Both the position numbers and the translations under genes were made by a program. Of a stretch of 64,000 nt of DNA, positions 13,654-25,800 are shown one piece after another. The stretch comes from Azolla caroliniana (lineage: Eukaryota > Plantae > Polypodiophyta), in contig JBHGNT010000003.1 in the NCBI GenBank assembly GCA_043228905.1, positions 14,136,001 to 14,200,000 on the forward strand, given 5' to 3'. Numbering within the stretch: position 1 is the first letter of the stretch; the number at the start of each line of letters is the position of its first letter. Below the pieces are notes generated by a model. That model made no database searches and was not told the DNA's origin. It saw nothing but the letters and a program-made list of their open reading frames with translations.

Positions 13654-14307
13654 ATGACATTATCCCCCTTTTAAAATGACGAGTGTTACAAGTCGTTTTG
13701 GATTGAGCACCCGGTTTGTCTGGATATTAACGATGGAAGTCTTCAACAAGAGCACGAGCATTGGTCACATTCTCTATTGGTTCCCAAGTATGCTCACCGG
13801 GACTATATCCTAGTCAATCAACTAAATAGTAGAGCTTGTTGCGAACAATCTTGGAATCAAGGATGGCAGCAACTTCGTACTCAGGTCCATCTTCAAGTTC
13901 AATCAGGGGTGGAGGTGGTTTAATAAAACCTTGGATGGTGTTGTCCTAATAGGGTTCTAGGAGAGAACTATGAAACACCGAATGTATCTGTAGTTGCGGA
14001 GGTAGATTGAGACGAAAAGCGACATCATTAATTTTTTCGCATGGGCGAGTACTCTTGATGTGTTGTAGTAGTAGCCATACCTGATCTCCAATGTCAAAAC
14101 TGGATGGAAGCCGATGACGATCCATGTAATCCTTGTGTGTTTGTTGAGCTTGTTGTAGATGAGTAGATAAATCTGTTTGTATCTTGCGTATCCGCTCCAA
14201 ATGATCCTCTGCGCAAGGATTTGAGGTTACTCTAAGGTTTCAAATACACACCACCGGGGGTGACAACCCGTGTAAGCATAAAATGGTGTGACCTTTGTCG
14301 ATCAGTG

Positions 14308-17300
14308 TGTTGGGATTACGATCCCTTCGGATGGGATGGTCGGATGTCGGAGATGAATGCCGACGAGCCCGGTTTCGGTTTCGGATCCGGATGTTGAAGA
14401 CCCCGGCTTCGGTGCAGGATGACGAATGTACCCGGAGAGCGATCCGGATGCAGGGACATATCCGTGAATATGTTTGCTAAGGGCCCCTGAGGCTATAGTT
14501 GTAAATAGCCCCAAAGTCATATATGTATAAATATGACTTAGGGCAAACAGTTTTACTGTTGCTAATCATTTTTCTGTTTTTCCACTCAAGAGGAGTGAAG
14601 AGGGAGCAGTCGTGAGAGAGTGAGAGAGAGAGATAAAGCGTGAGAGAGGAAGAGGACTACGCCTCTGTGTATTTCCGCCGCCTGTGGCGAGGACAGCGAG
14701 CTCAAGGTCGTCGCCTTGCAGCTCGCCATTGTGTACTTCTCTTTGTATAGTGTTGGTTTGGAGTCTCGTACTCCCGTGGTTTTTCCTATCTAGGGTTTTC
14801 CACGTTAATCCCTGTGTATACGTGTGTTTCTCTCTGTGGTTCCTATTTTCTGCTGCATTGATTCGCGATTACTCGGTTGTGGCCGAGTGGTGAAGGTCAA
14901 TCGAAGCGTCGATTCCCAACAAACTGGTATCAGAGCGAACTGCTGCAGAAAATGGAAGGCGGCGGCAGCGGGCAGCCGGGGATGATGGTGCTGAATGCGC
15001 AGAATTACGCCGACTGGAAGATCAAGATGGAGGATCTTCTGATTGTTCGGGACCTGTACGAACCGATTGACAGGTCGGAAATACCGAAGGGGGTACTTGA
15101 GTCGGAATGGAGGCTTCTGAACCGGAAAGCCGTTGCAACCATTCGGCAATACGTCGACGTGAGCGTTCTACAACATGTGGCGAACGACACCAACGCATAT
15201 GAGATGTGGCGGAAGCTGTCGGGCCTCTATGAGAGGAAGAATGCGTTGAACCGAACCTCCCTGATGAGGAAGATAGTGAATCTCAAGTACCGGGACGGCG
15301 AGAGTATGGTGGAACACGTAAGCACGTTCATGGGATTCGTGAATCAGCTTGCGGCGATCAAGTTCCCGTTGGAGGATGCAATGCAAGCCATCATCCTGAT
15401 GTGTACATTGCCGGAAAGCTGGGAGAACTTGGTGGTGACTCTCAGCACCTCCTGCACAGAAGATAACTTGTCCTTGCAAACGGTAAAGACAAGTATTTTG
15501 AACGAAGAAGCGCGTCGGAGAGATAAAGAACTGGCCTCCGACCCGAAGGCACTGCTTACCGAATCGGATCGGGGAAGACAATGGAACCGGAGTCCGCAAA
15601 GACGGGAGAAGTCGGGGACCCGGTCGCAGTCAAGAGGAAGGCCCACATGCTTCCACTGTGGGAAACCGGGGCACTTCCGAAAGAATTGTCGGCATTACCG
15701 AAAAGACAACGGAGCCGACGACACCGATTCGAAGAAGTCACCGGAGAGAAACGGTGCATACCGGGGAGCCACGGACCGGAGAGGTTCGGATCGGCGAGGG
15801 CAGGACCGGAAAGGAACAACGGCACTCGCGGCAAGTGAGGAAGAAATCATGCTCATCACCGAAGAAGGTGAACTAAACGTTGCCGGCGATGAGACGACCT
15901 GGGTGGTCGATTCCGGAGCATCGTTCCACCTGACCCCGGAGAGAATATACTTCTCATCCTACACAGCCGGTGAGCATGGCTGTGTTCGGATGGGAAATGA
16001 AGGTACGTGCCGGATTGCCGGCATAGGAGACGTGTGGTTGACAACCCCGACCGGATGCAAAATGCTGCTGAAGGATGTCCGACACGTTCCGGAGGTTCGA
16101 TTGAACCTGATTTCGGTCGGGAGGCTAGATGATGAAGGCTACGCAGGTAGCATCCGGAACGGCGTAATAAAGTTCAGCAAGGGGAGCCTGACAGTGGCTC
16201 GGGCCCGGAAAGACAACACACTGTACCTGATGAATGCCCGGTTATGTCCGGAAGAGTTGAATGTGGCAGCCGACACTGCCGGTGAGCTGTGGCACAAAAG
16301 ACTGTGCCACATGAGTGAGAAGGGGATGAAGAGGCTTGCAGAAGACAACCTTATCCCAGTGAAGCATGTGCACCTGGAGAAGTGCACCGATTGCCTGGCC
16401 GGTAAGCAGAACCGAACCTCCTTCCACTCAAGGCCACCGACGAGACGTAGCGCACCATTGGAGTTGGTGCACACTGATGTGTGTCAGGTAGAAACGAAGT
16501 CACATGGCGGAGCCCAGTACTTCGTAACATTCATCGATGATCATAGCCGAAAACTGTGGACGGCACCGATGAAGACAAAGGACCAAGTGTTGTGCGTCTT
16601 CAAAGAACTCCACGCGAGAGTGGAAAGGGAATCCGGCAAGAAGCTGAAAGCGATACGAGCGGATAACGGAGGGGAATACCGGGGGCAGTTCCAGGAGTAC
16701 TGTCGCTCGAAGGGAATCCGACTCGAGTTTACTGTGCCGAAGACGCCGGAACTGAACGGGCTGGCCGAGAGGATGAACCGGACCATAATGGAGAGGGTCC
16801 GGAGTATGCTGGCGCATGCGAAATTACCCAAGGGGTTTTGGGCTGAGGCAATGTCGACGGCGACATACGTGATAAACAGATCACCCTCAGTACCTTTGGA
16901 CGGAGACACGCCGCAGAAAGTGTGGACCGGTAAGGAAGTGTCCTACCGGCATCTGAAGGTGTTCGGGTGTCTCGCATACGTGCATGTGGCAAAGGACCGG
17001 AGAGGAAAGCTAGATCCAAAGACCCGGCCATGCATATTCCTCGGTTACGGCGATGACGAGTTCGGCTACCGAGTATGGGACCCGGTTGACAAGAAGATAT
17101 TCCGGAGTCGTGATATCATCTTCATGGAGAACAAGACACTCGCCGACTGGGAGTCGGAGAAGAAGATGAAGAGCTCCAAGTCGACCGGTGAGGATCAACT
17201 CTACGAGGAGCAGTCCCGACCGGCAAGGGACCGGTTAGCACTCGAGGATCCGGCCGAAGACGGTGAAGAAACAGAACCGGCCGAAGAAGATGAAAATGAT

Positions 17301-19652
17301 ACCGGAACCGGCCCCGATCCCGAAATGGATTCGGATGAAGAAGAAGAATCGGAAGAACCGATTACCGAAGCTCCCGAACGGAGATATCCTCTAAGAGAGA
17401 GGAGGGCCCCCCGGAGATTTCCGGATCCAGAGCACGTGCTGCTAACCGACGAGGGGGAGCCGGAGAGCTTTGAAGAAGCAAAGCACGACACCCAGAGCCG
17501 CAGGTGGTTGAGTGCCATGCAGGACGAGATGGATTCCCTGCATGAGAACCACACATATGAACTTGTGGAGTTGCCGAAAGGAAAGCGGGCACTTCGAAAC
17601 AAGTGGGTGTTCAAGCTGAAACCGGGAGATGCCGGAAACCCCCCGAGATACAAAGCCAGGATCGTGGTGAAGGGGTTTCAGCAGAAGAAGGGCGTCGACT
17701 TCGACGAGATATTTGCCCCGGTAGTGAAGATGACCTCCATCCGGACGGTGCTGAGCATAGCGGCAAGCATGGACCTCGAGGTAGAACAGATGGACGTGAA
17801 GACGGCATTCCTTCACGGTGACCTCGATGAAGAGATCTACATGCAGCAACCGGAAGGATTCGAGAAGAAAGGGAAGGAGCACCTGGTATGCCGGTTGAAG
17901 AAGAGCCTTTACGGACTGAAGCAGGCTCCCCGGCAATGGTACCGGAAATTCGACTCCTTCATGACCGACGAAGGGTACCTCAAAACGCAGTCCGACCACT
18001 GCGTGTTTGTGAAGAAGTTCGAAGGAGGAGACTTCCTAATACTCCTCCTGTACGTGGACGACATGTTGATCGTCGGACGGGACCAGGTCAAGATACGGAT
18101 GCTGAAGAAGGCTCTTCACCGAACCTTCTCAATGAAGGACTTGGGTCCGGCGAGGCAAATACTAGGGATGCACATCATCCGGGACCGGAAGAAGAAGCAG
18201 TTGTGGCTGTCACAGGAGAAGTACGTGACGAAGGTGCTTCACCGGTTCAACATGTCGGAAGCAAGACCGGTCGGATCGACCCTCCCGGCTAACTGCAAGC
18301 TGTCCAGCAAGCAAAGTCCCAAGACAAAGGCTGAAAAGGAGGATATGATGAAAGTGCCGTATGCCTCAGCCGTCGGGAGCTTGATGTACGCCATGGTGTG
18401 TACGAGACCGGACATCGGATATGCAGTCGGAGTGGTGAGCCGGTACATGAGCAATCCCGGCAAAGAGCATTGGAACGCGGCCAAGTGGATACTCCAATAC
18501 CTGAAGGGCACGGCAAACGTGTGCCTCCGATTCGGCTCCGGTAAGCCCGAACTCGACGGCTTTACCGATTCGGATATGTCGGCTGATGCAGATACCAGCC
18601 GGTCCACATCAGGGTATGTGATGACGTATGCAGGGGGAGCTGTTTCATGGCAGTCGAGGCTGCAGAAGACGGTTGCGTTGTCAACCACGGAGGCGGAGTA
18701 CATGGCGGCTGTTGAAGCCGGCAAGGAAATGATATGGATGAAGGACTTCATTAGAGAGCTCGGTATCCGGCAGGAGGAGTACCGACTCTACTGTGACAGT
18801 CAGAGTGCCATCCACCTTGCGAAGAACGCGGCCTATCACTCCCGGACGAAGCACATCCAGCGAAGATATCACTGGATCCGGGAAAGGATAGAAGACCAGG
18901 AGTTCGTGCTGACGAAGATCCACACGGACGAGAACGGCTCGGATATGCTGACCAAGGTCCTCACACCCGACAAGCTGGAAGCATGCCGGAAGAGGATCGG
19001 ATTGGAAAGACATCCCATGCCGAAGTGAAGGGGGAGTTTGTTGGGATTACGATCCCTTCGGATGGGATGGTCGGATGTCGGAGATGAATGCCGACGAGCC
19101 CGGTACCGGTTTCGGATCCGGATGTTGAAGACCCCGGCTTCGGTGCCGGATGACGAATGTACCCGGAGAGCGATCCGGATGCAGGGACATATCCGTGAAT
19201 ATGTTTGCTAAGGGCCCCTGAGGCTATAGTTGTAAATAGCCCCAAAGTCATATATGTATAAATATGACTTAGGGCAAACAGTTTTACTGTTGCTAATCAT
19301 TTTTCTGTTTTTCCACTCAAGAGGAGTGAAGAGGGAGCAGCCGTGAGAGAGTGAGAGAGAGAGATAGAGCGTGAGAGAGGAAGAGGACTACGCCTCTGTG
19401 TATTTCCGCCGCCTGTGGCGAGGACAGCGAGCTCAAGGTCGTCGCCTTGCAGCTCGCCATTGTGTACTTCTCTTTGTATAGTGTTGGTTTGGAGTCTCGT
19501 ACTCCCGTGGTTTTTCCCATCTAGGGTTTTCCACGTTAATCCCTGTGTATACGTGTGTTTCTCTCTGTGGTTCCTATTTTCTGCTGCATTGATTCGCGAT
19601 TACTCGGTTGTGGCCGAGTGGTGAAGGTCAATCGAAGCGTCGATTCCCAACA
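14308..19652 (+). mobile_element. Intact Ty1/Copia (Tork/Tnt1-like)
   Basis: 614-bp LTRs at 14308-14921 and 19039-19652 (about 6 differences by eye), TSD cagtg, Met PBS at 14925-14936, PPT gaagggggag. Confidence 0.97.
14952..19028 (+). CDS. Copia Gag-Pol polyprotein
   Basis: Uninterrupted ORF with CCHC knuckle, PR 'WVVDSGAS', INT 'DNGGEY', RT 'YVDDM' and RNase H 'DSQSA'. The ATG follows the PBS. Confidence 0.96.
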   Translation: MEGGGSGQPGMMVLNAQNYADWKIKMEDLLIVRDLYEPIDRSEIPKGVLESEWRLLNRKAVATIRQYVDVSVLQHVANDTNAYEMWRKLSGLYERKNALNRTSLMRKIVNLKYRDGESMVEHVSTFMGFVNQLAAIKFPLEDAMQAIILMCTLPESWENLVVTLSTSCTEDNLSLQTVKTSILNEEARRRDKELASDPKALLTESDRGRQWNRSPQRREKSGTRSQSRGRPTCFHCGKPGHFRKNCRHYRKDNGADDTDSKKSPERNGAYRGATDRRGSDRRGQDRKGTTALAASEEEIMLITEEGELNVAGDETTWVVDSGASFHLTPERIYFSSYTAGEHGCVRMGNEGTCRIAGIGDVWLTTPTGCKMLLKDVRHVPEVRLNLISVGRLDDEGYAGSIRNGVIKFSKGSLTVARARKDNTLYLMNARLCPEELNVAADTAGELWHKRLCHMSEKGMKRLAEDNLIPVKHVHLEKCTDCLAGKQNRTSFHSRPPTRRSAPLELVHTDVCQVETKSHGGAQYFVTFIDDHSRKLWTAPMKTKDQVLCVFKELHARVERESGKKLKAIRADNGGEYRGQFQEYCRSKGIRLEFTVPKTPELNGLAERMNRTIMERVRSMLAHAKLPKGFWAEAMSTATYVINRSPSVPLDGDTPQKVWTGKEVSYRHLKVFGCLAYVHVAKDRRGKLDPKTRPCIFLGYGDDEFGYRVWDPVDKKIFRSRDIIFMENKTLADWESEKKMKSSKSTGEDQLYEEQSRPARDRLALEDPAEDGEETEPAEEDENDTGTGPDPEMDSDEEEESEEPITEAPERRYPLRERRAPRRFPDPEHVLLTDEGEPESFEEAKHDTQSRRWLSAMQDEMDSLHENHTYELVELPKGKRALRNKWVFKLKPGDAGNPPRYKARIVVKGFQQKKGVDFDEIFAPVVKMTSIRTVLSIAASMDLEVEQMDVKTAFLHGDLDEEIYMQQPEGFEKKGKEHLVCRLKKSLYGLKQAPRQWYRKFDSFMTDEGYLKTQSDHCVFVKKFEGGDFLILLLYVDDMLIVGRDQVKIRMLKKALHRTFSMKDLGPARQILGMHIIRDRKKKQLWLSQEKYVTKVLHRFNMSEARPVGSTLPANCKLSSKQSPKTKAEKEDMMKVPYASAVGSLMYAMVCTRPDIGYAVGVVSRYMSNPGKEHWNAAKWILQYLKGTANVCLRFGSGKPELDGFTDSDMSADADTSRSTSGYVMTYAGGAVSWQSRLQKTVALSTTEAEYMAAVEAGKEMIWMKDFIRELGIRQEEYRLYCDSQSAIHLAKNAAYHSRTKHIQRRYHWIRERIEDQEFVLTKIHTDENGSDMLTKVLTPDKLEACRKRIGLERHPMPK

Positions 19653-22600
19653 CAGTGGACAGAGTTATTATACGTGAATTCGGCGAAGTGGAGAATATCC
19701 GCCCAGTTATCTTGGTGATAGCTTAGAAAGCACCGAAGCTACTACTCCAGCATTTGATTTGTTCGTTCTGCTTGGCCGTTTGTTTGCGGGTGGTAGCCGG
19801 AGGAGAGGTTACAAGTGACCTTAAGCATTTTGATGAGGTGCTTCCAGAATTTCGAGATGAACTGGGGTCCACAGTTGCTGATGATACTATCGGGGAGGCC
19901 ATGATGCCGACATACCTCACGCATGACAATTTCAGCGGTTTCTTCACTAGAGATTTCCTTAGTACATGGCAGGAAATGGGCCATCTTCGTATATCGATCT
20001 ACTACTGTCAAAATGGCATCGAATCCCTTAGAAACTGGAAGATCTATGATGAAATTTAGAGCAATGGATTGCCACGACTTGCTTGGAATTGGTTATGGTT
20101 CTAATAAACCATATGGATGATGCCTTGGCATTTTTGCTCTGCAACATGTATCACAAGTCTGAAAAAAATCTTCGAAAAATCGTCACATATTGGGCCACCA
20201 GAATGATCGTTGTACTAAATCTAATGTTTTAGTATTACCAAAATGCCCAACTGTATATGTGTCATGACAGTGCTTTTTAGGCTTTGCCAATTTCTACCAC
20301 AAGTTCATACAGGATTACTCAAAGCTTGTTCTGCCTCTCACAGAGATTACCAGGAAGGGACAATCGTTCGTTTGGTCTGAAGATGCAAACATGGCTTTTG
20401 AGAGTCTTAAGAAGGAATTTACATCAGCTCCTATTCTAGCTCATGTTGATCCGGAAAAGCAACAATGGAAGGCAGATACATTATCACGACTCTCGTATCT
20501 GGACTACTCAAAGGTGACAAGAATCATTCATAACATACAAGAGTTTCTTAAAGAATAGTAATCCATCATGACATTCGACTTGTTGATAGTCCGTACTTGG
20601 TTGTTGCGATTGTGAACAAGATGCTCGAGAGGGATCAATTTGTGCGAGAATGGCTTGGACGAAAGCATCTTTCGTCAAGTCCTCCCGTATGGTATCGATA
20701 ACGTGGGAATCTAATGGCATACCGAAGACCTGCGTTGCTTGCAGCCATGCCGGTCCCAATATTACTTGCTTTTGGTTATCGAAAGTTGGTTCATCTGGAC
20801 GTCGCAACAAACGTGGAGTCTGCCATTCTACCACCGTTTTGACCTTAGCTGGATCCATGGAGATGACATAGCCCAGAAATTCCACCTGGTTGCCCGCGAA
20901 GCTACATTTTTCTAGTTTTGCATAAAGACCATGTTCTCGAAGCCGTTTTAGTACTAACAATACATGAGAATCATGCTCTTCTTCGGTCTTCGAATAAACC
21001 AGTAGATCATCCATAAAGATGATAAAAGAAACATCCAAGAGATCTCGGAATATATCATTTGCCATGTGTTGGAAGACTATTGGTGCATTAGTGAGACCGA
21101 ATGGCATGACCGTATACTCGAAGTGCCCATCTCTGGTGCAGAACATAGTCTTCCATTCATCTGTTGGTCGGATCCGTACGAGGTTATACACTCCTCGTAA
21201 GTCGATCTTTGTGAAGAACCTTGCACCATTGATCCGTTCTAAAAGACTTCAAATAAGGGGAAGTGCATACCTATTCCTGATGGTGACCTTATTCAAGCCG
21301 TGATAGTCTATGACGAGACGAAGTGATCCATCCTTTTTCTTGACGAAGAAAATGGGTGCACCGGTTGGATATTTCTCCTCTATATAGGCTCGAAGGACTT
21401 CTAGCTCAGTTCGTGACAAATTGTAGATCGGTCCCCATGGTAGCTCTTTTCCCGGTTGTAAATCGATGGGGCAATCATACGGTAGGTGGTGAAGAAGCGT
21501 ATTGGCTTGTACCTTATCGAACACATCAGCATACTGATGGTATTTCTCTGGAAGTTGAACTATGGATTCCTCTTTAGTAGTGTTGGAGGGTTTTATTGAT
21601 ACCATGAAGACAAAGATTGCTTCCTTGCGTCCTTCCTCATGCAATTAATGTAGCGAAATGGTTGCAATCTTATGAGCAGATCCTCGGATTTGTCGATACC
21701 GGATTTCTCTTGTTCTCTAATCTATTTCTGGGTTATGTAATTTGAACCACAGTAACCCCAAGACAATTGGATGATCTGGACTACTAATTATATTAAATGA
21801 TACTATACACACCAAGTTATCTAGGACAACTTGAATCGGCTCTGACTCCTCTACGATTTTTGCGGAAGCAATGGGATGACCATCAATAACTACTACAGAT
21901 GTTGGGCAAGAAAGTTTTCTTAGGGATATCTAATGAGCTTGGTAAAAATTCCTATCCATGAAGCAAGAGTTGGATCTGGAATCTAAGAGTGCTAAGACAT
22001 GTACTAGAGGAGTACTTTTAGTACTAACCATTACATGAACTAAGAACACATTGCTAACTTGCTTAGAGGAAATGGAACCACTAATGGGCTGCACAGATCT
22101 AGGGCTGTTCAACCAAACGGCTCCTATTTTGGCTGGACGTAATCATTTAACTATTCTTCTAGTTGACTAAGGATATCAAATTTATTTGAAAGGCTTGGGC
22201 TATTAGGACTATCAGACACACCTAGAGAAATAGAGTCGGGTTTAGTACTATTAGTACTAGCTATTACTTGATTTACCTGCCTTCTTGGCCGATGGGGACA
22301 GTTCACTACAATATGCCCCGGTCCACCGCAATAAAGGCATACTCGATTTGCCCGGCGTCGCTGCTTTTCTTCTTCCAATAGGGGTCCACGACAACATGTG
22401 GTGTCGATTTCCATTGGAGTCGAAGTATTTGTTGGAGACATATTAAATGACTCCCTTGGGAAAGGCTTTGCTACAACTGAAGCGTAGGTGGGCTCTGATC
22501 TTGCCCTCGGCATTTGAAACTAACGTTCTGAATGTCGTTCGAAGACGAGGTCAAGGCATCGTACTGCATGACTAATTGCTTCTGTCAATGAGTTTGGTTC

Positions 22601-22811
22601 TTCGGGGAAGGTCAAGAGTAAATCCTTGACATTGTTACGTAGGCCATAACGAAATTGCTCCATTAATGCTTGGTCATCCCAGGGGATATCGGAGGCGAGT
22701 AGACGGAAATCTACGGAGGTTGGACGATCACCTTAACGTAATCGTCGAATTTTGTTGATTGTTGTCCTTATGCTATCAGTGTTTCCAAAACATGCTTTAA
22801 ACTCACTTATA

Positions 22812-25800
22812 TGTTGAAAACAGTGCTCGGCCACAACCGAGGAACTGGATCGATCAACTCACAGAAAACGGGAAATACAATATGCACAAAGACAATAGAG
22901 AGAAAGGTACACAGGATGTTTTACGTGGAAAACCCTAAATGGGAAAAACCACGGGAGTCCTCAAACTCCAACTATCACTATAAACAGAGGTGTACAATGG
23001 TGAAGCTACAAGGCAACAACCTTGAGCTCACTGTCTTCGCCACAGGCGGCGGTAATACACAGAGGCAACGACCTCTTCGTCTCTCTCTCTTTCTCTCTCT
23101 CGGCTGCTCTCTCTTCGCATGAAAAATAAGCAACAACCTAAAACTGTTTGCCCTAAGTCATATTTATACATATATGACTTTCGGGATATTTACAAATATA
23201 GCCTCAAGGGCTCTTAGCAAACATATTCACAAATATGTCCCTGCATCCGGATCTCTCTCCGGGTAAATTCGTCATCCGGCTCCGTAGCCGGGGTCTTCAT
23301 CATCCGGATCCGTATCCGGGTACTCTTCATCCGGCTTCATGCCGGGTACTCTTCATCATCCGGTTCCGTAACCGCAACCGGGCTTGCCGTCATTCATCTC
23401 CGGACATCCCATCCGGAGGGACCGAAATCCCAACAAGCTCCCCCTTCACTTCGGCATGGGATGTCTCTCTAATCCAATCCTCTTCCGGCATGCTTCCAAC
23501 TTGTCGGGTGTGAGCACTTTGGTCAGCATATCTGAGCCGTTCTCGTCCGTGTGGATCTTCGTCAGCACGAACTCCTGGTCTTCTATCCTTTCCCGGATCC
23601 AGTGGTATCTTCGCTGGATGTGCTTCGTCCGGGAGTGATAGGCCGCGTTCTTCGCAAGGTGGATGGCACTCTGACTGTCGCAGTAGAGTCGGTACTCCTC
23701 CTGCCGGATACCGAGCTCTCTAATGAAGTCCTTCATCCATATTATTTCCTTGCCGGCTTCAACAGCCGCCATGTACTCCGCCTCCGTGGTTGACAACGCA
23801 ACTGTCTTCTGTAGCCTCGACTGCCACGATACAGCTCCTCCTGCATACGTCATCACATACCCTGATGTGGACCGGCTGGTATCTGCATCAGCCGACATAT
23901 CCGAATCAGTAAAGCCGTCGAGTTCGGGCTTACCGGAGCCGAATCGGAGGCACACGTTTGCCGTGCCCTTCAGGTATCGGAGTATCCACTTGACCGCGTT
24001 CCAATGCTCTTTGCCAGGATTGCTCATGTACCGGCTCACCACTCCGACTGCATATCCGATGTTCGGTCTCGTACACACCATGGCGTACATCAAGCTCCCG
24101 ACGGCTGAGGCATACGGCACTTTCATCATATCCTCCTTTTCAGCCTTTGTCTTGGGACTTTGCTTGCTGGACAACTTGCAGTTTGCCGGTAGGGTTGATC
24201 CGACCGGTCTTGCTTCCGACATGTTGAACCGTTGAAGCACCTTTGTCACGTACTTCTCTTGTGACAGCCACAACTGCTTCTTGCTCCGGTCCCGGATGAT
24301 GTGCATCCCTAGTATTTGTCTCGCCGGACCCAAGTCCTTCATTGAGAAGGTTCGGTGAAGAGCCTTCTTCAGCATCCGTATCTTGACCTGGTCCCGTCCG
24401 ACGATCAACATGTCGTCCACGTACAGGAGGAGTATTAGTAAGTCTCCTCCTTCGAACTTCTTCACAAACACGCAGTGGTCAGACTGCGTTTTGAGGTACC
24501 CTTCGTCGGTCATGAAGGAGTCGAACTTCCGGTACCATTGCCGGGGAGCCTGCTTCAGTCCGTAAAGGCTCTTCTTCAACCGGCATACCAGGTGCTCCTT
24601 CCCTTTCTTCTCGAATCCTTCCGGTTGCTGCATGTAGATCTCTTCTTCGAGGTCACCGTGAAGGAATGTCGTCTTCACGTCCATCTGTTCTACCTCGAGG
24701 TCCATGCTTGCCGCTATGCTCAGCACCGTCCGGATGGAGGTCATCTTCACTACCGGGGCAAATATCTCGTCGAAGTCGACGCCCTTCTTCTGCTGAAACC
24801 CCTTCACCACGATCCGGGCTTTGTATCTCGGGAGGTTTCCGGCATCTCCCGGTTTCAGCTTGAACACCCACTTGTTTCGAAGTGCCCGCTTTCCTTTCGG
24901 CAACTCCACAAGTTCATATGTGTGGTTCTCATGCAGGGAATCCATCTCGTCCTGCATGGCACTCAACCACCTGCGGCTCTGGGTGTCATGCTTTGCTTCT
25001 TCAAAGCTCTCCGGCTCCCCTTCGTCGGTTAGCAGCACGTGCTCTGGTTCCGGAAATCTCCGGGGGGCCCTTCTCTCTCTTAGAGGATATCTCCGTTCCG
25101 GAGCTTCGGTAACCGGCTCATCCGTTTCCTCTTCATCCGAATCCATTTCGGGATCGGGGCCGGTTCCGGTATCAGTTTCATCTTCCTCGGCCGGTTCTGA
25201 TTCTTCACCGTCTTCGGCCGGATCCTCGAGTGCTAACCGGTCCCTTGCCGGTCGGGACTGCTCCTTGTAGAGTTGATTCTCACCGGTCGACTTGGAGCTC
25301 TTCATCTTCTTCTCCGACTCCCAGTCGGCGAGTGTCTTGTCCTCCATGAAGATGATATCTCGACTCCTGAATATCTTCTTGTCGACCGGGTCCCATACTC
25401 GGTAGCCGAACTCGTCGTCGCCGTAACCGAGGAATATGCATGGCCGGGTCTTTGGATCTAACTTTCCTCTCCGGTCCTTTGCCACATGCACGTATGCGAG
25501 ACACCCGAACACCTTCAGATGCCGGTAGGACACTTCCTTACCGGTCCACACTTTCTGCGGCGTGTCTCCGTCCAAAGGTACTGAGGGTGATCTATTTATC
25601 ACATACGTCGCCGTCGACATTGCCTCAGCCCAAAATCCCTTGGGTAATTTCGCATGTGCTAGCATACTCCGGACCCTCTCCATTATGGTCCGGTTCATCC
25701 TCTCGGCCAGCCCGTTCAGTTCCGGCGTCTTCGGCACAGTAAACTCGAGCCGGATTCCCTTCGAGCGACAGTACTCCTGGAACTGCCCCCGGTATTCCCC

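Noticed and set aside
14877-14951. N-terminal extensions of the Copia ORFs in the ORF track (also 27520-27573)
   Set aside because: They run through the LTR/PBS from non-ATG starts; the likely start is the ATG after the PBS.
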